In this document: positions 40,645 to 51,370 of the stretch, one piece after another
How the letters are laid out: each line of letters begins with the position of its first letter
How positions within the stretch are numbered: position 1 is the first letter of the stretch
Source: a virus
Reading direction: 5' to 3' (one strand)
DNA length: 64,000 bases
IMG/VR virus record: IMGVR_UViG_3300044632_001218
Notes under the pieces: model-generated
Told to the model about the DNA's origin: nothing
Seen by the model: the letters and a program-made list of their open reading frames with translations, nothing else
The model's database searches: none
Program-made: the position numbers and the translations under genes

Positions 40645-43600
40645 ATGAATCAAGAAAATAAAGTAGTCAAGGTTAGTGACGTAGTTCAAAACCAAATACC
40701 AGAGTTTATTCTTACAGAGAACCCAAACTTTGTAGAATTTTTAAAACAATATTATATTTCACAGGAATTTCAAGGTTCCACAATAGACATTGCTGAAAAT
40801 TTAATTTCTTATAAAAACCTTGATAGTTTTGACAGTAAAAATTTAATAGCAGAAACCACTTTATCATCAGATGTAGAATTTTTTGATGATGTTATCAATG
40901 TGGAATCTACTCATGGTTGGCCACAGGAATATGGTCTTCTAAAAGTTGATAATGAAATTATTACCTACACTGGAATTACTTCAACATCATTTACTGGATG
41001 TATTAGAGGATTTAGTGGAATATCTTCGCTGACTCAAGAAAATAATCCAGAATTTTTAGTATTTTCTCAATCAGAAGCATCAGAACACACAGAAGATAGT
41101 ACAGTCCATAATTTAAGTAATCTTTTTCTAAAAGAATTTTTTGAAAAAATTAAGTATCAATTTACACCAGGATTTGAAAACAGGGATTTTGCTCCCCAAA
41201 TTAATCCACAAAATTTTATTAGCAAAGCAAAAACATTTTATCAGTCAAAGGGAACTGATGAAGCCTTTAAGATTCTTTTCAAAGTATTATATGCAGAAAA
41301 TGTAAAAATCATTAAACCAGATGATTATTGCTTTACTCCATCAGATGGCAAATGGAGAATTGTAGAAACTTTTGTTTGTGAATTAGTTGATGGAGATCCA
41401 TTTAAAATTAATGGACAAACATTATATCAAGACAAGTTTTCTCAATATAACATTGAAACTGCAAATGGTTCTATCTATAATGTAGAATCATTCAAATCTA
41501 GAGGAGAAACTTTTTACAAATTACAAATTTTTTCTGGATACTCTAATAATTTAAACCCCAGAGGAAGCATTGAGGGGACCTTCGTGACCACTCCAAAAAC
41601 ATTTGTAGTAGAAGATACTGCTGTGGATTCAACAATCCTCACAGTTGATTCTACAATAGGATTTTCAAATAGTGGGATCTTAGAAATAAATGGTCAAATA
41701 GTTACCTACACAGATAAAACTAATAATCAATTTTTAAACTGCTCTGGAATTAATACTTCAATTTCCAAAAAAACTAAAGTATTTTCAGATCATTTCATTT
41801 ATGCAATAGAAGAAAATAGTTCAGCAGTAGTTAAGTTTAAACTTTGTAATGTTTTGTCAAAGTTAGACCTTTCAAATACTGATGTTGTTTTAGCATATGA
41901 CGAAGACCCAATTGAAATAACTCAAGTTGGTTCTTCGGAATCATCTATATTTTTAAACTCTTTGGTTTATAATCATGCTATCAGCGTTTCTCCTGGAAAT
42001 GTAGTTAATGAATTAACCACACAAATTAGAAATAATCAAAAGGAAGGATTTTCTATTTCTGGTGGAGTTGCACTTTGCAAATTTCCACATTATTTAAAGG
42101 CTGGTGATGTTGTTGATTTATATTTTGAAAACACTAATGCTACAATTGCAACAAATCTTGCAGTAAACTTTATTAACTCTAAAGAATTTTCCGTATCAAC
42201 AACAGTAATTTCTCAACAATATGGAAATTTAAATTCACTTTTAGGGAAAAGAATTTTATTTAGAAGACGTATTGAAAAATCTCCAAACTTAAATTTAACT
42301 GCAAATATTCAAGATTCTTTTGTAGACAATGATTCATATTATTTGACCACAAATGGTTTACCAGAATATCAAGTAAGTCCTTTAACTCTTGATAAATCTT
42401 TTTCTGTGGTAAATATTGATACCTTAAGTGATGATACAAATCATTATTTTAATACTGGTGATGAAGTTACTGTTGTAAGTTTTACTGCATCTCAAGGTTT
42501 TAAAAATGAAATAGGAATTTCTACTGGCATTTCATATTATGTAACTAAAGTTAACGATGCTCAAATTAGATTATCGCAATCAAGAGAAAATATAGAAATA
42601 TTATCTCATGTTCTTTTCTTTGAATACAATCAATTCAATATTGAGTCTGGAAGAGTTAATAATATAACACTAGTACCAACTGCTCAATATGGAAATTCAT
42701 TTACATCAACTAAATTATTTAAAAAAATACCAAAAACCCCACAATTATCATTAACTAAAGAAAATACTTCTCCAGGAAATTTGGGTGTTTTTGTTAATGG
42801 AGTAGAATTACGAAATTATAAATCTTTTAATAAAATTTATTATGGTCCTGTAGAATCAGTCTCAGTTCTTAATTCTGGTTCTAATTATAATTTATCAAAT
42901 CCACCAAGATTTGAGGTGTTTTTCAATAATGCAAAATATCCAAATAGTAAAATAATTCCACAATTAAAAGGGAAATTAGCAAAACTTTCTGTAACTGATC
43001 CTGGATTTGATTATGTTGAAGTTCCAACAGTGGAAATTTTGGGAGGAAATAATCCTACCATTGTAACTGAAGTAAAAATAAAAAATACAAATAATGAAAT
43101 TGAATTCAATTCAACATCAAAGGACAATGTAGTTGATACAGTAAACAATATATTTGTATTTTCAGATAAACACAGGTTTATTACTGGAGAACCTATTCTC
43201 TATAAAACATTCAATACTACGTCTATTGGTATTGGAACTCAAGTCTCTGATGGATTTTTAACAAATAATTCAATTTACTATGTTGTAAATGTTGGTGCAG
43301 GAACTTCCATGGCTCTTGCATTCAATCAAAAAGATGCTTATGAAGGAACAAATTTAATTAATCTGAGAACTTTTGGAGGAGGACTTCAAAGTTTTATTTC
43401 TACTTTACCCAAAAAAATTATTGATGAAGTAAATATCATTCAAAATGAAAGTGAATTTGAATATAAAAAAGTATCTTTTATTGCAGAAGACATAAATCTT
43501 CAAGATGATATTATTACAGTAGAAAATCATGGGTTTTCTACTGGAGAAGAAGTTGTTTATAGTTGGGAACCAGCTCCAGGATTCAATGGAAACACTATTG

Positions 43601-46600
43601 GTGGATTAGACACAAATCTTTATTATTACATAGTAAAAATTGACGATAATAGATTTAAACTAACATATACCAAAAATGGAACTGATTATGTAGATCTACT
43701 TTCAAAGGAAAATTTTAGCACATACTTTATTGAATATTCTCCAATTAGAGTTAGCATTTTAGGTGCAGTTTCTACTACAGGAGTTTCCACTTTTATTGGA
43801 TATGATGCTACAATTGTTCCAATTGTTGAGGGTTCTGTTGTTGGAGCATCTTTACAAAGAAATCCTCAGTTGATAGTAGATACTTTTGGAAGAACTGATA
43901 TCATTGATTATGAAAAATCCCCAGAAATAAGAATAGTAGAGGGTAGTGGAGCTTCTTTACAACCAATTATAGTAGATGGAAAAATTAAAGAAGTTGTAGT
44001 CAAAACTTCTGGTTCTGGTTATTTCAATTCTTTCGATCTTGTTGTTAATGGTAATGGATTTGGTGCTAAACTTGTACCAACTATTATCCAAGGAACAATA
44101 ATTGATGTTAAAGTTGTTAATGGTGGAGTTGGGTATGCATCAACAAACACTACCATTAACATAATTCCTCTTGGAAGTGATGTCAAATTAAAAGCAAATA
44201 TCAAGTCTTGGAATATAGATGATATTTCAAGATATGGAATTAATAATATTCAAGATGGATTATTGTTTGGAAAAAATTATTCTTTAATTGGCAATACTTA
44301 TGGTACATTTTTCTTAAATCAAAATTTAAGACAGTTTTTCAACATTCCAAGTTCACCTTCAACACACTCTCCAATCATTGGTTGGGCATATGATGGGTGT
44401 CCAATTTATGGACCATATGCTTATACAAATATAGATGGCAGTGGTGGAATAATTAGAATGAGAAGTGGATATTCTTATTCTAATCCTATTGGTAGTTTTT
44501 GTAGATTAGTTGAAGAATATGTGTTTACTAATTCTGGTACTTTAGATGAGTACAATGGAAGATTTTGCGTTACTCCAGAGTATCCAAATGGAGTTTATGC
44601 ATATTTTTGCACTTTAGATGAAAATAATACTCCAGAATTTCCATATGTAGTGGGTCCAAAATACAACTATTCTCCTATTGAAGAAAATTTTGATTTGAAT
44701 AAAAATCAAACACTCAATTTCAACAATTTAAACATTATCAAATGGACAAGTCCATATAGAATTTCTGATCAAGACTACAAGTATGAGTATTTTGAATTAT
44801 TCAAAAATAGTAACGGTAAAGATGTTATTATTGAAAAATCATCTGTTGGAGTCATTGATTCTATTAATGTTATAGATTCTGGTATTGACTATCAAGTAGG
44901 AGATTCTGTAATATTTGATAATAGTAATGCTTCTGGATTTGGCGCAATAGCAAAAGTATCTGAAGTTTCTGGAGTTTCTGTAACATCAATATCTTCAGAA
45001 ACTAAATCTTTCTCCAATGTAACATTTATTTCTGATGGCACATCTGTAACTGGAATAGCATCAACATACCATTCACTAAAAACTAATTCCTTTATAAACA
45101 TATCAGGAATTTCAACAAGTTCTTATGAATCTTTAGAGGGATTTGAAAAGATTATTGTGCCATCTATTGTTACAACTTTAGCATCAAATCTTGGACCATC
45201 ATCAATTACTGGAATAGTCACATCAATTCAAGTTAATGAATCCATTAGAACTTTTGATGTTGATTCATACTTGACTATTAGTAATGAAATAGTCAAAGTT
45301 GTAGGAGCAGATTATCAAAATAACTTATTGAACATTTTGAGACCCCCAAGTGCTCCAGCACATGCAGCATTAGAAACTATTACATTACTCCAAAATAAGT
45401 TCCAATATGTATCATCAGAGTTTACTCCAGTAATTTCAGAAGTAGATCAAAATTATTATTTTGATTCATCAAACGCAGTTTCTACTGGGACAAATACTTC
45501 ACCTGGAATTGGAAATACTTTAACCATCTACCCTCTTGGAGTTGGAATTCCTTATGTAAAATATGTTCAAACTGGTGGAATATATCTTCCCAATAATAAG
45601 TTCAGCACTGGAGATAAGTTAAATTATACAGAAGATACAGCAACTATTGTAACCAATTATGGTGACTTAAATGCATTTTCTGAATTGTATGTTTTAAAAT
45701 TAGAAAATGATGTTGTTGGACTTGTAACTAGCAAAACAGATATTTCAAATCCAAGTAGAATTCTAACATATACCTCAGTTGGTTCAGGAAATCTTCACAA
45801 ATTTAAAACAGAAAAAAATATTGTTACTGGGACAATTACTCAAAATGATTGTGTAGTTTCAACAGCATCTACTCATGGGTTATCTGTTGGGAGTTTAATT
45901 AAATTTAATGTTAAATCTGGAATAACTACAACTTTTGATGTAACTTACTCAAATAATAGAGTCTTGATTGACTCTGACACTAATCCAAAAATTGATGTCT
46001 ATACCAATGACACAGTAGTATTTGATTTATCAGATGTTTCATTGTCTGGTAAAACATTTAATTTATATACTGATGAGGACTTTTTAAACCTATATGTAGG
46101 AAATATTGATAATGGAATTGAAGTTGAAAGAACTACCACCCAGTTAACATTAAATGTTAGTGACTATACTCCAAAAACTTTATTTTACAATTTGTCAGAT
46201 TCAATTACTGACATTACAGTAGAAAACTTTAATCAATTATCCATCAATGCTAGCGAATATAACATAGAGTCAATTATCACAGAATCTACTAGTAATCAGT
46301 TTAAGTTTAATCTAAGTTCTACCCCAGAAAGGTCTTCTTATACTAATCCCTCAACTTTATCATATTCAGTATTATCTGAGGGAATTTTAGGTCCAATATC
46401 AAATATTGAAATAATTTCTAAAGGATCCCAATACAAAAAGTTACCAATTATTTCATCTGTTGATAGTGAATTTGGAAGTGGGTGTAATTTATTTGCTAAG
46501 AGCAATTCTATAGGTAAGATTGAAAGGTCTAGAGTAAACAACTCACAATTAATTTGTCCTTTTGATAAAACATTAACGCCACAATCAAATATTTTCTCAA

Positions 46601-48894
46601 TCTTAAAATTAACTGATAATTATACTGTAGATTCTTTAATTGTAAATTCTACAGGACAAAATTATTTGTTCTCGCCAAAAATAAAACTGTACAGTGAAAG
46701 TGATAATTCTATCATATCACAATTTTCTGCTTCTGCAACTTTAAAAAATAATTCTATAGATGACATTAAAATTTTAAATCCTGGATTTGGATTAAAATCT
46801 AATGATAATAAAATTATTGTTATTGATAATAGCAATGGGTTCAATATTATTAATGCATCAGTAACTGGATCTGGACCTTACACAATTACCCTGACCTTAA
46901 AAACTCCCACATCAGGATTTACCACTTCAAATCCATTACCTATTTCAATTGGTGATGAAATATTTGTAGAAAAAATTGTTTCCACTGGAGGTGATGGATT
47001 CAACTCAAGTGATTATAACTATAATCCATTCACTGTGACCTTCGTAGACCCTGCATTTGGGTCTCAGGATGCTGCGATAGTTAGATATCAAACAACACAA
47101 AATCCAGGTTCTTACAGCAGCACCTTGACCTATGATGCAAATGTAATTCCATATTCTTATTTACCTCAAATAGAACCTGTTTTGAAACAAAATGTTTTTT
47201 ATAATGAAGAGTTTGTAAATGATTTGAGAATTATAAAAAATCAAAAAAATAATCCAATAACCAATTTATTAAAAGTCAAACAATCTGAAAATATTCAAAT
47301 AAATGATATTGTTACTGGAAAATCATCAAATTCTAAAGGTAAAGTTGTAGAAATTAATAATTTCAAATCTTCATTTATTTCTGACTACAGTGTTTCTGAA
47401 ATATTAGGAGGACAAGAAAATAGGGGATATCTTTCATCAAATATACAAAAACTTTCTGATAATGATTATTATCAGAAGTTTTCATATTCTTTGAAGAGTA
47501 ATAAATCTTTCTCTGATTGGGAGTCTCCAGTATCTGACATAACTCATACATCTGGATATAAAAAGTTCAGTGACTTATCTGTAGAATCTGTTGGTATTGG
47601 AACTACTCAATCAATTAAAACAGATTCAACATCAACTTTAAATGTTATTTTAGATTCTTATGTTGATGTAAATTCAATTAGCGATTATGACTTGGTAAAT
47701 GAAATTGATATTGAGGACACTGACTATGAATATTCTCAATATTTGAAGTTTAGTAGATTAAAATTAGGACAAAGTTTAAAATCAGTAGACAATAGAGTTT
47801 TATCAATAGATGACATATCAAACTTGTTTAATGTTGAGCCCACTGTTCCTGAAGTTGCAATAGATTCTACATTTAGCACTGACTCAATAGCATTGAAGTA
47901 TACATTTTATCTGACTGCTTCTGAAGGATTTTTAGGTGACTTCGTTTACCCTGAAGTTTTTGAATTGTTGGTAGTCAGAAATGCAAATGACGTAGATTTA
48001 ACATCATATGCTTCTTATTTTGATGCAGAAAATTTGGGAGCAAATGCTGTTTTGGGAAGATTCACTGCTGAAATAAATCCATCAAATGATAATGAATTAG
48101 TTTTATCATTTAGACCAACAAATCCATTTATATCAATAGATATAAAATCAATTAAAGAAACTACTCCCAGCACGGTTGGAGTTGCAACAACTGCTTTTGG
48201 ATATGTAAAAAATGTAGAATTGACTCAACAATATAATACATCTGGAGTTTCTACATTTTATTCTATTCCATTGTCAGATTGCAAGTCTGGAACTTTGATT
48301 GTGGGAATATCTTCTACAAAAAATAGTATCAACAAATCTTTAGAACTTTCATTTACCAATACTTCAAATGATTTGTTTATTAGTAAATATGCAGAAAATG
48401 ATTTGGTTAATTATGGCAACATAAACATAATTGCAAATGGTTCAAATCTTGAATTTAATTTTGACAATACAACTGGAATTGGAGTTACTTTATATGCAAA
48501 CCTAAAACTTCTGACAAATACTTATGCTGGATATGATAGTATTAACAAAACTTTTTCAAAAATTTCAAGTTCAGAAATAACAACAAATTCATTATCTACT
48601 GGAATTTCAACTGTATCTGGAATATATGGGTTTACCAAATATATTATGGAGATATCTCAAGATACTGGAATTACAACTTACAGGTCAATAGTACAATTAA
48701 ATTCAGTTCATTCTGGTGACTACTTAAATAATATTGTATATGATATTAATGGTGATATTGAGTTGACTGACATAGTTTTTGAAACCAATTATAGTTTAGC
48801 ACAAAATGAATACACTTTGTCTTTCAACCCTGTAACCTCTGCAAATTATACCATTAAAATTTATGAAGCAAACATTCTATCTCCAAATCAATAA
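40645..48894 (+). CDS. gp7: Large baseplate wedge initiator gp7-like protein (2749 aa)
   Basis: Position after gp6; NQIPEFI..ENPNFVEFLKQYY, YQSKGT..FKILFKVLY, HSPIIGWAYDGCPIYGP, YYQKFSYSLKS. Confidence 0.75.
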   Translation: MNQENKVVKVSDVVQNQIPEFILTENPNFVEFLKQYYISQEFQGSTIDIAENLISYKNLDSFDSKNLIAETTLSSDVEFFDDVINVESTHGWPQEYGLLKVDNEIITYTGITSTSFTGCIRGFSGISSLTQENNPEFLVFSQSEASEHTEDSTVHNLSNLFLKEFFEKIKYQFTPGFENRDFAPQINPQNFISKAKTFYQSKGTDEAFKILFKVLYAENVKIIKPDDYCFTPSDGKWRIVETFVCELVDGDPFKINGQTLYQDKFSQYNIETANGSIYNVESFKSRGETFYKLQIFSGYSNNLNPRGSIEGTFVTTPKTFVVEDTAVDSTILTVDSTIGFSNSGILEINGQIVTYTDKTNNQFLNCSGINTSISKKTKVFSDHFIYAIEENSSAVVKFKLCNVLSKLDLSNTDVVLAYDEDPIEITQVGSSESSIFLNSLVYNHAISVSPGNVVNELTTQIRNNQKEGFSISGGVALCKFPHYLKAGDVVDLYFENTNATIATNLAVNFINSKEFSVSTTVISQQYGNLNSLLGKRILFRRRIEKSPNLNLTANIQDSFVDNDSYYLTTNGLPEYQVSPLTLDKSFSVVNIDTLSDDTNHYFNTGDEVTVVSFTASQGFKNEIGISTGISYYVTKVNDAQIRLSQSRENIEILSHVLFFEYNQFNIESGRVNNITLVPTAQYGNSFTSTKLFKKIPKTPQLSLTKENTSPGNLGVFVNGVELRNYKSFNKIYYGPVESVSVLNSGSNYNLSNPPRFEVFFNNAKYPNSKIIPQLKGKLAKLSVTDPGFDYVEVPTVEILGGNNPTIVTEVKIKNTNNEIEFNSTSKDNVVDTVNNIFVFSDKHRFITGEPILYKTFNTTSIGIGTQVSDGFLTNNSIYYVVNVGAGTSMALAFNQKDAYEGTNLINLRTFGGGLQSFISTLPKKIIDEVNIIQNESEFEYKKVSFIAEDINLQDDIITVENHGFSTGEEVVYSWEPAPGFNGNTIGGLDTNLYYYIVKIDDNRFKLTYTKNGTDYVDLLSKENFSTYFIEYSPIRVSILGAVSTTGVSTFIGYDATIVPIVEGSVVGASLQRNPQLIVDTFGRTDIIDYEKSPEIRIVEGSGASLQPIIVDGKIKEVVVKTSGSGYFNSFDLVVNGNGFGAKLVPTIIQGTIIDVKVVNGGVGYASTNTTINIIPLGSDVKLKANIKSWNIDDISRYGINNIQDGLLFGKNYSLIGNTYGTFFLNQNLRQFFNIPSSPSTHSPIIGWAYDGCPIYGPYAYTNIDGSGGIIRMRSGYSYSNPIGSFCRLVEEYVFTNSGTLDEYNGRFCVTPEYPNGVYAYFCTLDENNTPEFPYVVGPKYNYSPIEENFDLNKNQTLNFNNLNIIKWTSPYRISDQDYKYEYFELFKNSNGKDVIIEKSSVGVIDSINVIDSGIDYQVGDSVIFDNSNASGFGAIAKVSEVSGVSVTSISSETKSFSNVTFISDGTSVTGIASTYHSLKTNSFINISGISTSSYESLEGFEKIIVPSIVTTLASNLGPSSITGIVTSIQVNESIRTFDVDSYLTISNEIVKVVGADYQNNLLNILRPPSAPAHAALETITLLQNKFQYVSSEFTPVISEVDQNYYFDSSNAVSTGTNTSPGIGNTLTIYPLGVGIPYVKYVQTGGIYLPNNKFSTGDKLNYTEDTATIVTNYGDLNAFSELYVLKLENDVVGLVTSKTDISNPSRILTYTSVGSGNLHKFKTEKNIVTGTITQNDCVVSTASTHGLSVGSLIKFNVKSGITTTFDVTYSNNRVLIDSDTNPKIDVYTNDTVVFDLSDVSLSGKTFNLYTDEDFLNLYVGNIDNGIEVERTTTQLTLNVSDYTPKTLFYNLSDSITDITVENFNQLSINASEYNIESIITESTSNQFKFNLSSTPERSSYTNPSTLSYSVLSEGILGPISNIEIISKGSQYKKLPIISSVDSEFGSGCNLFAKSNSIGKIERSRVNNSQLICPFDKTLTPQSNIFSILKLTDNYTVDSLIVNSTGQNYLFSPKIKLYSESDNSIISQFSASATLKNNSIDDIKILNPGFGLKSNDNKIIVIDNSNGFNIINASVTGSGPYTITLTLKTPTSGFTTSNPLPISIGDEIFVEKIVSTGGDGFNSSDYNYNPFTVTFVDPAFGSQDAAIVRYQTTQNPGSYSSTLTYDANVIPYSYLPQIEPVLKQNVFYNEEFVNDLRIIKNQKNNPITNLLKVKQSENIQINDIVTGKSSNSKGKVVEINNFKSSFISDYSVSEILGGQENRGYLSSNIQKLSDNDYYQKFSYSLKSNKSFSDWESPVSDITHTSGYKKFSDLSVESVGIGTTQSIKTDSTSTLNVILDSYVDVNSISDYDLVNEIDIEDTDYEYSQYLKFSRLKLGQSLKSVDNRVLSIDDISNLFNVEPTVPEVAIDSTFSTDSIALKYTFYLTASEGFLGDFVYPEVFELLVVRNANDVDLTSYASYFDAENLGANAVLGRFTAEINPSNDNELVLSFRPTNPFISIDIKSIKETTPSTVGVATTAFGYVKNVELTQQYNTSGVSTFYSIPLSDCKSGTLIVGISSTKNSINKSLELSFTNTSNDLFISKYAENDLVNYGNINIIANGSNLEFNFDNTTGIGVTLYANLKLLTNTYAGYDSINKTFSKISSSEITTNSLSTGISTVSGIYGFTKYIMEISQDTGITTYRSIVQLNSVHSGDYLNNIVYDINGDIELTDIVFETNYSLAQNEYTLSFNPVTSANYTIKIYEANILSPNQ

Positions 48895-48909
48895 TAAATA
48901 TTCATAAAA

Positions 48910-51345
48910 ATGCCCATTAACGAAGTAGGAACAATATACACACCATCAATATATGGGAGAACTTCTTTTCCATTAAAGCATAAAACGTCTGCTATTTTTT
49001 ATAAAATTTTTAATTCAGAAGATTCTAGTACTGTAAACATAGTTCAAGATACAATCAATATTCCAAATCATTTTTTCAAAACAGGAGAACCATTAGCATA
49101 CAATGTTAATGATTCAAATACTGATACACCAATAGGAATTTCAACTTTAAGTCCTGGAGCTGGTGGAACAATTTCACAGTTTCCAAATATTGTTTATCCC
49201 ATAGTTATAGATAAAAATAATATTAGAGTGGCATTGGGAAGCACTTATGCATTAGCAAATGAGTATGTTAATATATCTTCTCTAGGAATAGGAACTGAAC
49301 ATTCACTTGAAGCATTTAAACAAAACTCAAAATGTCTAGTCTCAATTAATAATATCATCCAATCTCCAATATCAGTTGGTTCTACAGTTCAAGTATTGTC
49401 ATATACCCCCTCAAGTTTAGTATTAGAAAGTTTACGAAATATAAAATTAGGCACTTGTTTAAAAATTAATGATGAAATTGTTAGAATTTCTTCTGTAAAT
49501 TATGACACAAAAGAAGTATCTTTATCTAGAGGTCCTCAAGTTCTAGGAACAAATACTAATTTGTTCACAAATTCACTTGTTGGAAGTTATATTGACGTTT
49601 TGTCTGGCAATTATAATATTATAAAAGACATCATTTATTTTGATGAACCTCCTTTAGAAGGTAGAAAAATAAATTACAGAATCCCATCTTCAGACATTGT
49701 TTATAGTAATTACAGTTTCAATTTACTTACTGATATTTTACAGACTGGGAGTCAAGTTTTAGTAATTTGGTCAAATCCTCCACAAGAAATTCCTACACAA
49801 AAGTTTTATTATTTAATTAAGAATAGTGAAAATAACTTTAGTTTTGCAGAAAATTTTGCCAATGCTATTAATGATGTAAAAGTTACATTTTCAAATATTT
49901 CTGATAATGAATTTCCAGTAAGTAATTTTGAAGTTGTTTTCTTTTATCCAAGTGAAGAAAATAGTTTTAATGGAAGAGTTTTTCTAAGGTCAAATTACGA
50001 TGCAAATAACGTATTTGATGATGTTTCTGAACAATTTACAGGAATTTCCAGCTCTTTTGAATTGAAAATTTCTGGAATTAGTACAGTTGGCATATCAAGT
50101 GATAATGGTATTTTATTAGTAAATAATATTTTCCAATATCCAGGTTCTAATGAAGCATTTTCTTTTTCTGAAACTGCATCAGAAACATTTGTAAATTTTG
50201 TTGGGTTTGGAACAACAGGATTCACTGGAAAAGATTATGATGTAAATGTTAAAGGATATCCAAGAGGTGGAATTATTGTTTCTTATGGGACAACCTCAGG
50301 AGGCAGTTATCAACTTTCTACTTCTTACTATAATGTTCCAGTAACTGGTTCAATTTCTGGAATAGGTGCATCAGTATCATTTAACACTGACGAATATGGA
50401 AATGTAAAAGAATTTAAGTTTACCAATCGAGGATACAATTACAAAGTTGGTGAAATTTTAATTCCCACAAATGCTACTGGACTTGGAACTCAAACTTCAA
50501 ATGATAAAATTCACATTACAATCAATGAAGTTACCAAAGATACATTTAATGCTTGGAATATTGGAATATTAGAAAAATTAGATGATTTGAGTGATAAGGT
50601 AAATGGTGTCAGAAGAACTTTTGACATTACAAAAAATAGTCAAAGAATTAGCTTAGATACTGAATCTGAATCTGAAGTAGAACTTCAATATAATCTATTA
50701 ATCTTTGTCAATGATGTTCTTCAAATTCCAAATTCTTCATACATTTTCAATAGTGGTTCAATTATTACATTTACAGAACCTATCCCTACAGGAAGTAATG
50801 TAAAGGTTTATTTTTATAGAGGGTATACAAATGACTCTTTCAATTCTGATGATGCATCTAAATTAAAAGAAGGCGATTCACTTGTTCTTCTTCAGGACAT
50901 TTACAATCCACCACCACTTGAACAAAATGATAGAATTATTAAACAATTTGTTAGTGCTGATGTTTTAAGAACTAATATTTACTCTGATCTTGGATTGTCT
51001 GAAAATTCTTCCCAACTTAGGTCTATAACATGGACACCACAAAAGAAAGATTTAATTATTGACGGAACTTTTGTAAGTAAGTCTAGAGATGAACAAAATT
51101 CTGGAATAACATCTTTTACTAAAATTGCAACATATGTGGGCACATTTTCTGGAGTTAGCACTAATACAATTGGCGTTACTACAACCAGCATTTTAATTGG
51201 AGACTATGTAGAGGGTACTTATGTTGGAACAGGGGTTTCAATTGTATCAATTGGATCATCTATTATTGGGATAGGTTCTACAAGTTATTCATCTTCTCCA
51301 GTTGGAGTTAATACATCATTACTCTCATTCTACAGAAAATCATAA
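48910..51345 (+). CDS. Virion structural protein (gp7 C-terminal-like, 811 aa)
   Basis: Repeats the HFF.TGE.L.Y...PIGI module of gp7; own late promoter ATAAATA at 48894. Confidence 0.7.
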   Translation: MPINEVGTIYTPSIYGRTSFPLKHKTSAIFYKIFNSEDSSTVNIVQDTINIPNHFFKTGEPLAYNVNDSNTDTPIGISTLSPGAGGTISQFPNIVYPIVIDKNNIRVALGSTYALANEYVNISSLGIGTEHSLEAFKQNSKCLVSINNIIQSPISVGSTVQVLSYTPSSLVLESLRNIKLGTCLKINDEIVRISSVNYDTKEVSLSRGPQVLGTNTNLFTNSLVGSYIDVLSGNYNIIKDIIYFDEPPLEGRKINYRIPSSDIVYSNYSFNLLTDILQTGSQVLVIWSNPPQEIPTQKFYYLIKNSENNFSFAENFANAINDVKVTFSNISDNEFPVSNFEVVFFYPSEENSFNGRVFLRSNYDANNVFDDVSEQFTGISSSFELKISGISTVGISSDNGILLVNNIFQYPGSNEAFSFSETASETFVNFVGFGTTGFTGKDYDVNVKGYPRGGIIVSYGTTSGGSYQLSTSYYNVPVTGSISGIGASVSFNTDEYGNVKEFKFTNRGYNYKVGEILIPTNATGLGTQTSNDKIHITINEVTKDTFNAWNIGILEKLDDLSDKVNGVRRTFDITKNSQRISLDTESESEVELQYNLLIFVNDVLQIPNSSYIFNSGSIITFTEPIPTGSNVKVYFYRGYTNDSFNSDDASKLKEGDSLVLLQDIYNPPPLEQNDRIIKQFVSADVLRTNIYSDLGLSENSSQLRSITWTPQKKDLIIDGTFVSKSRDEQNSGITSFTKIATYVGTFSGVSTNTIGVTTTSILIGDYVEGTYVGTGVSIVSIGSSIIGIGSTSYSSSPVGVNTSLLSFYRKS

Positions 51346-51370
51346 TAAATAACATAAAATACAGATTCAA

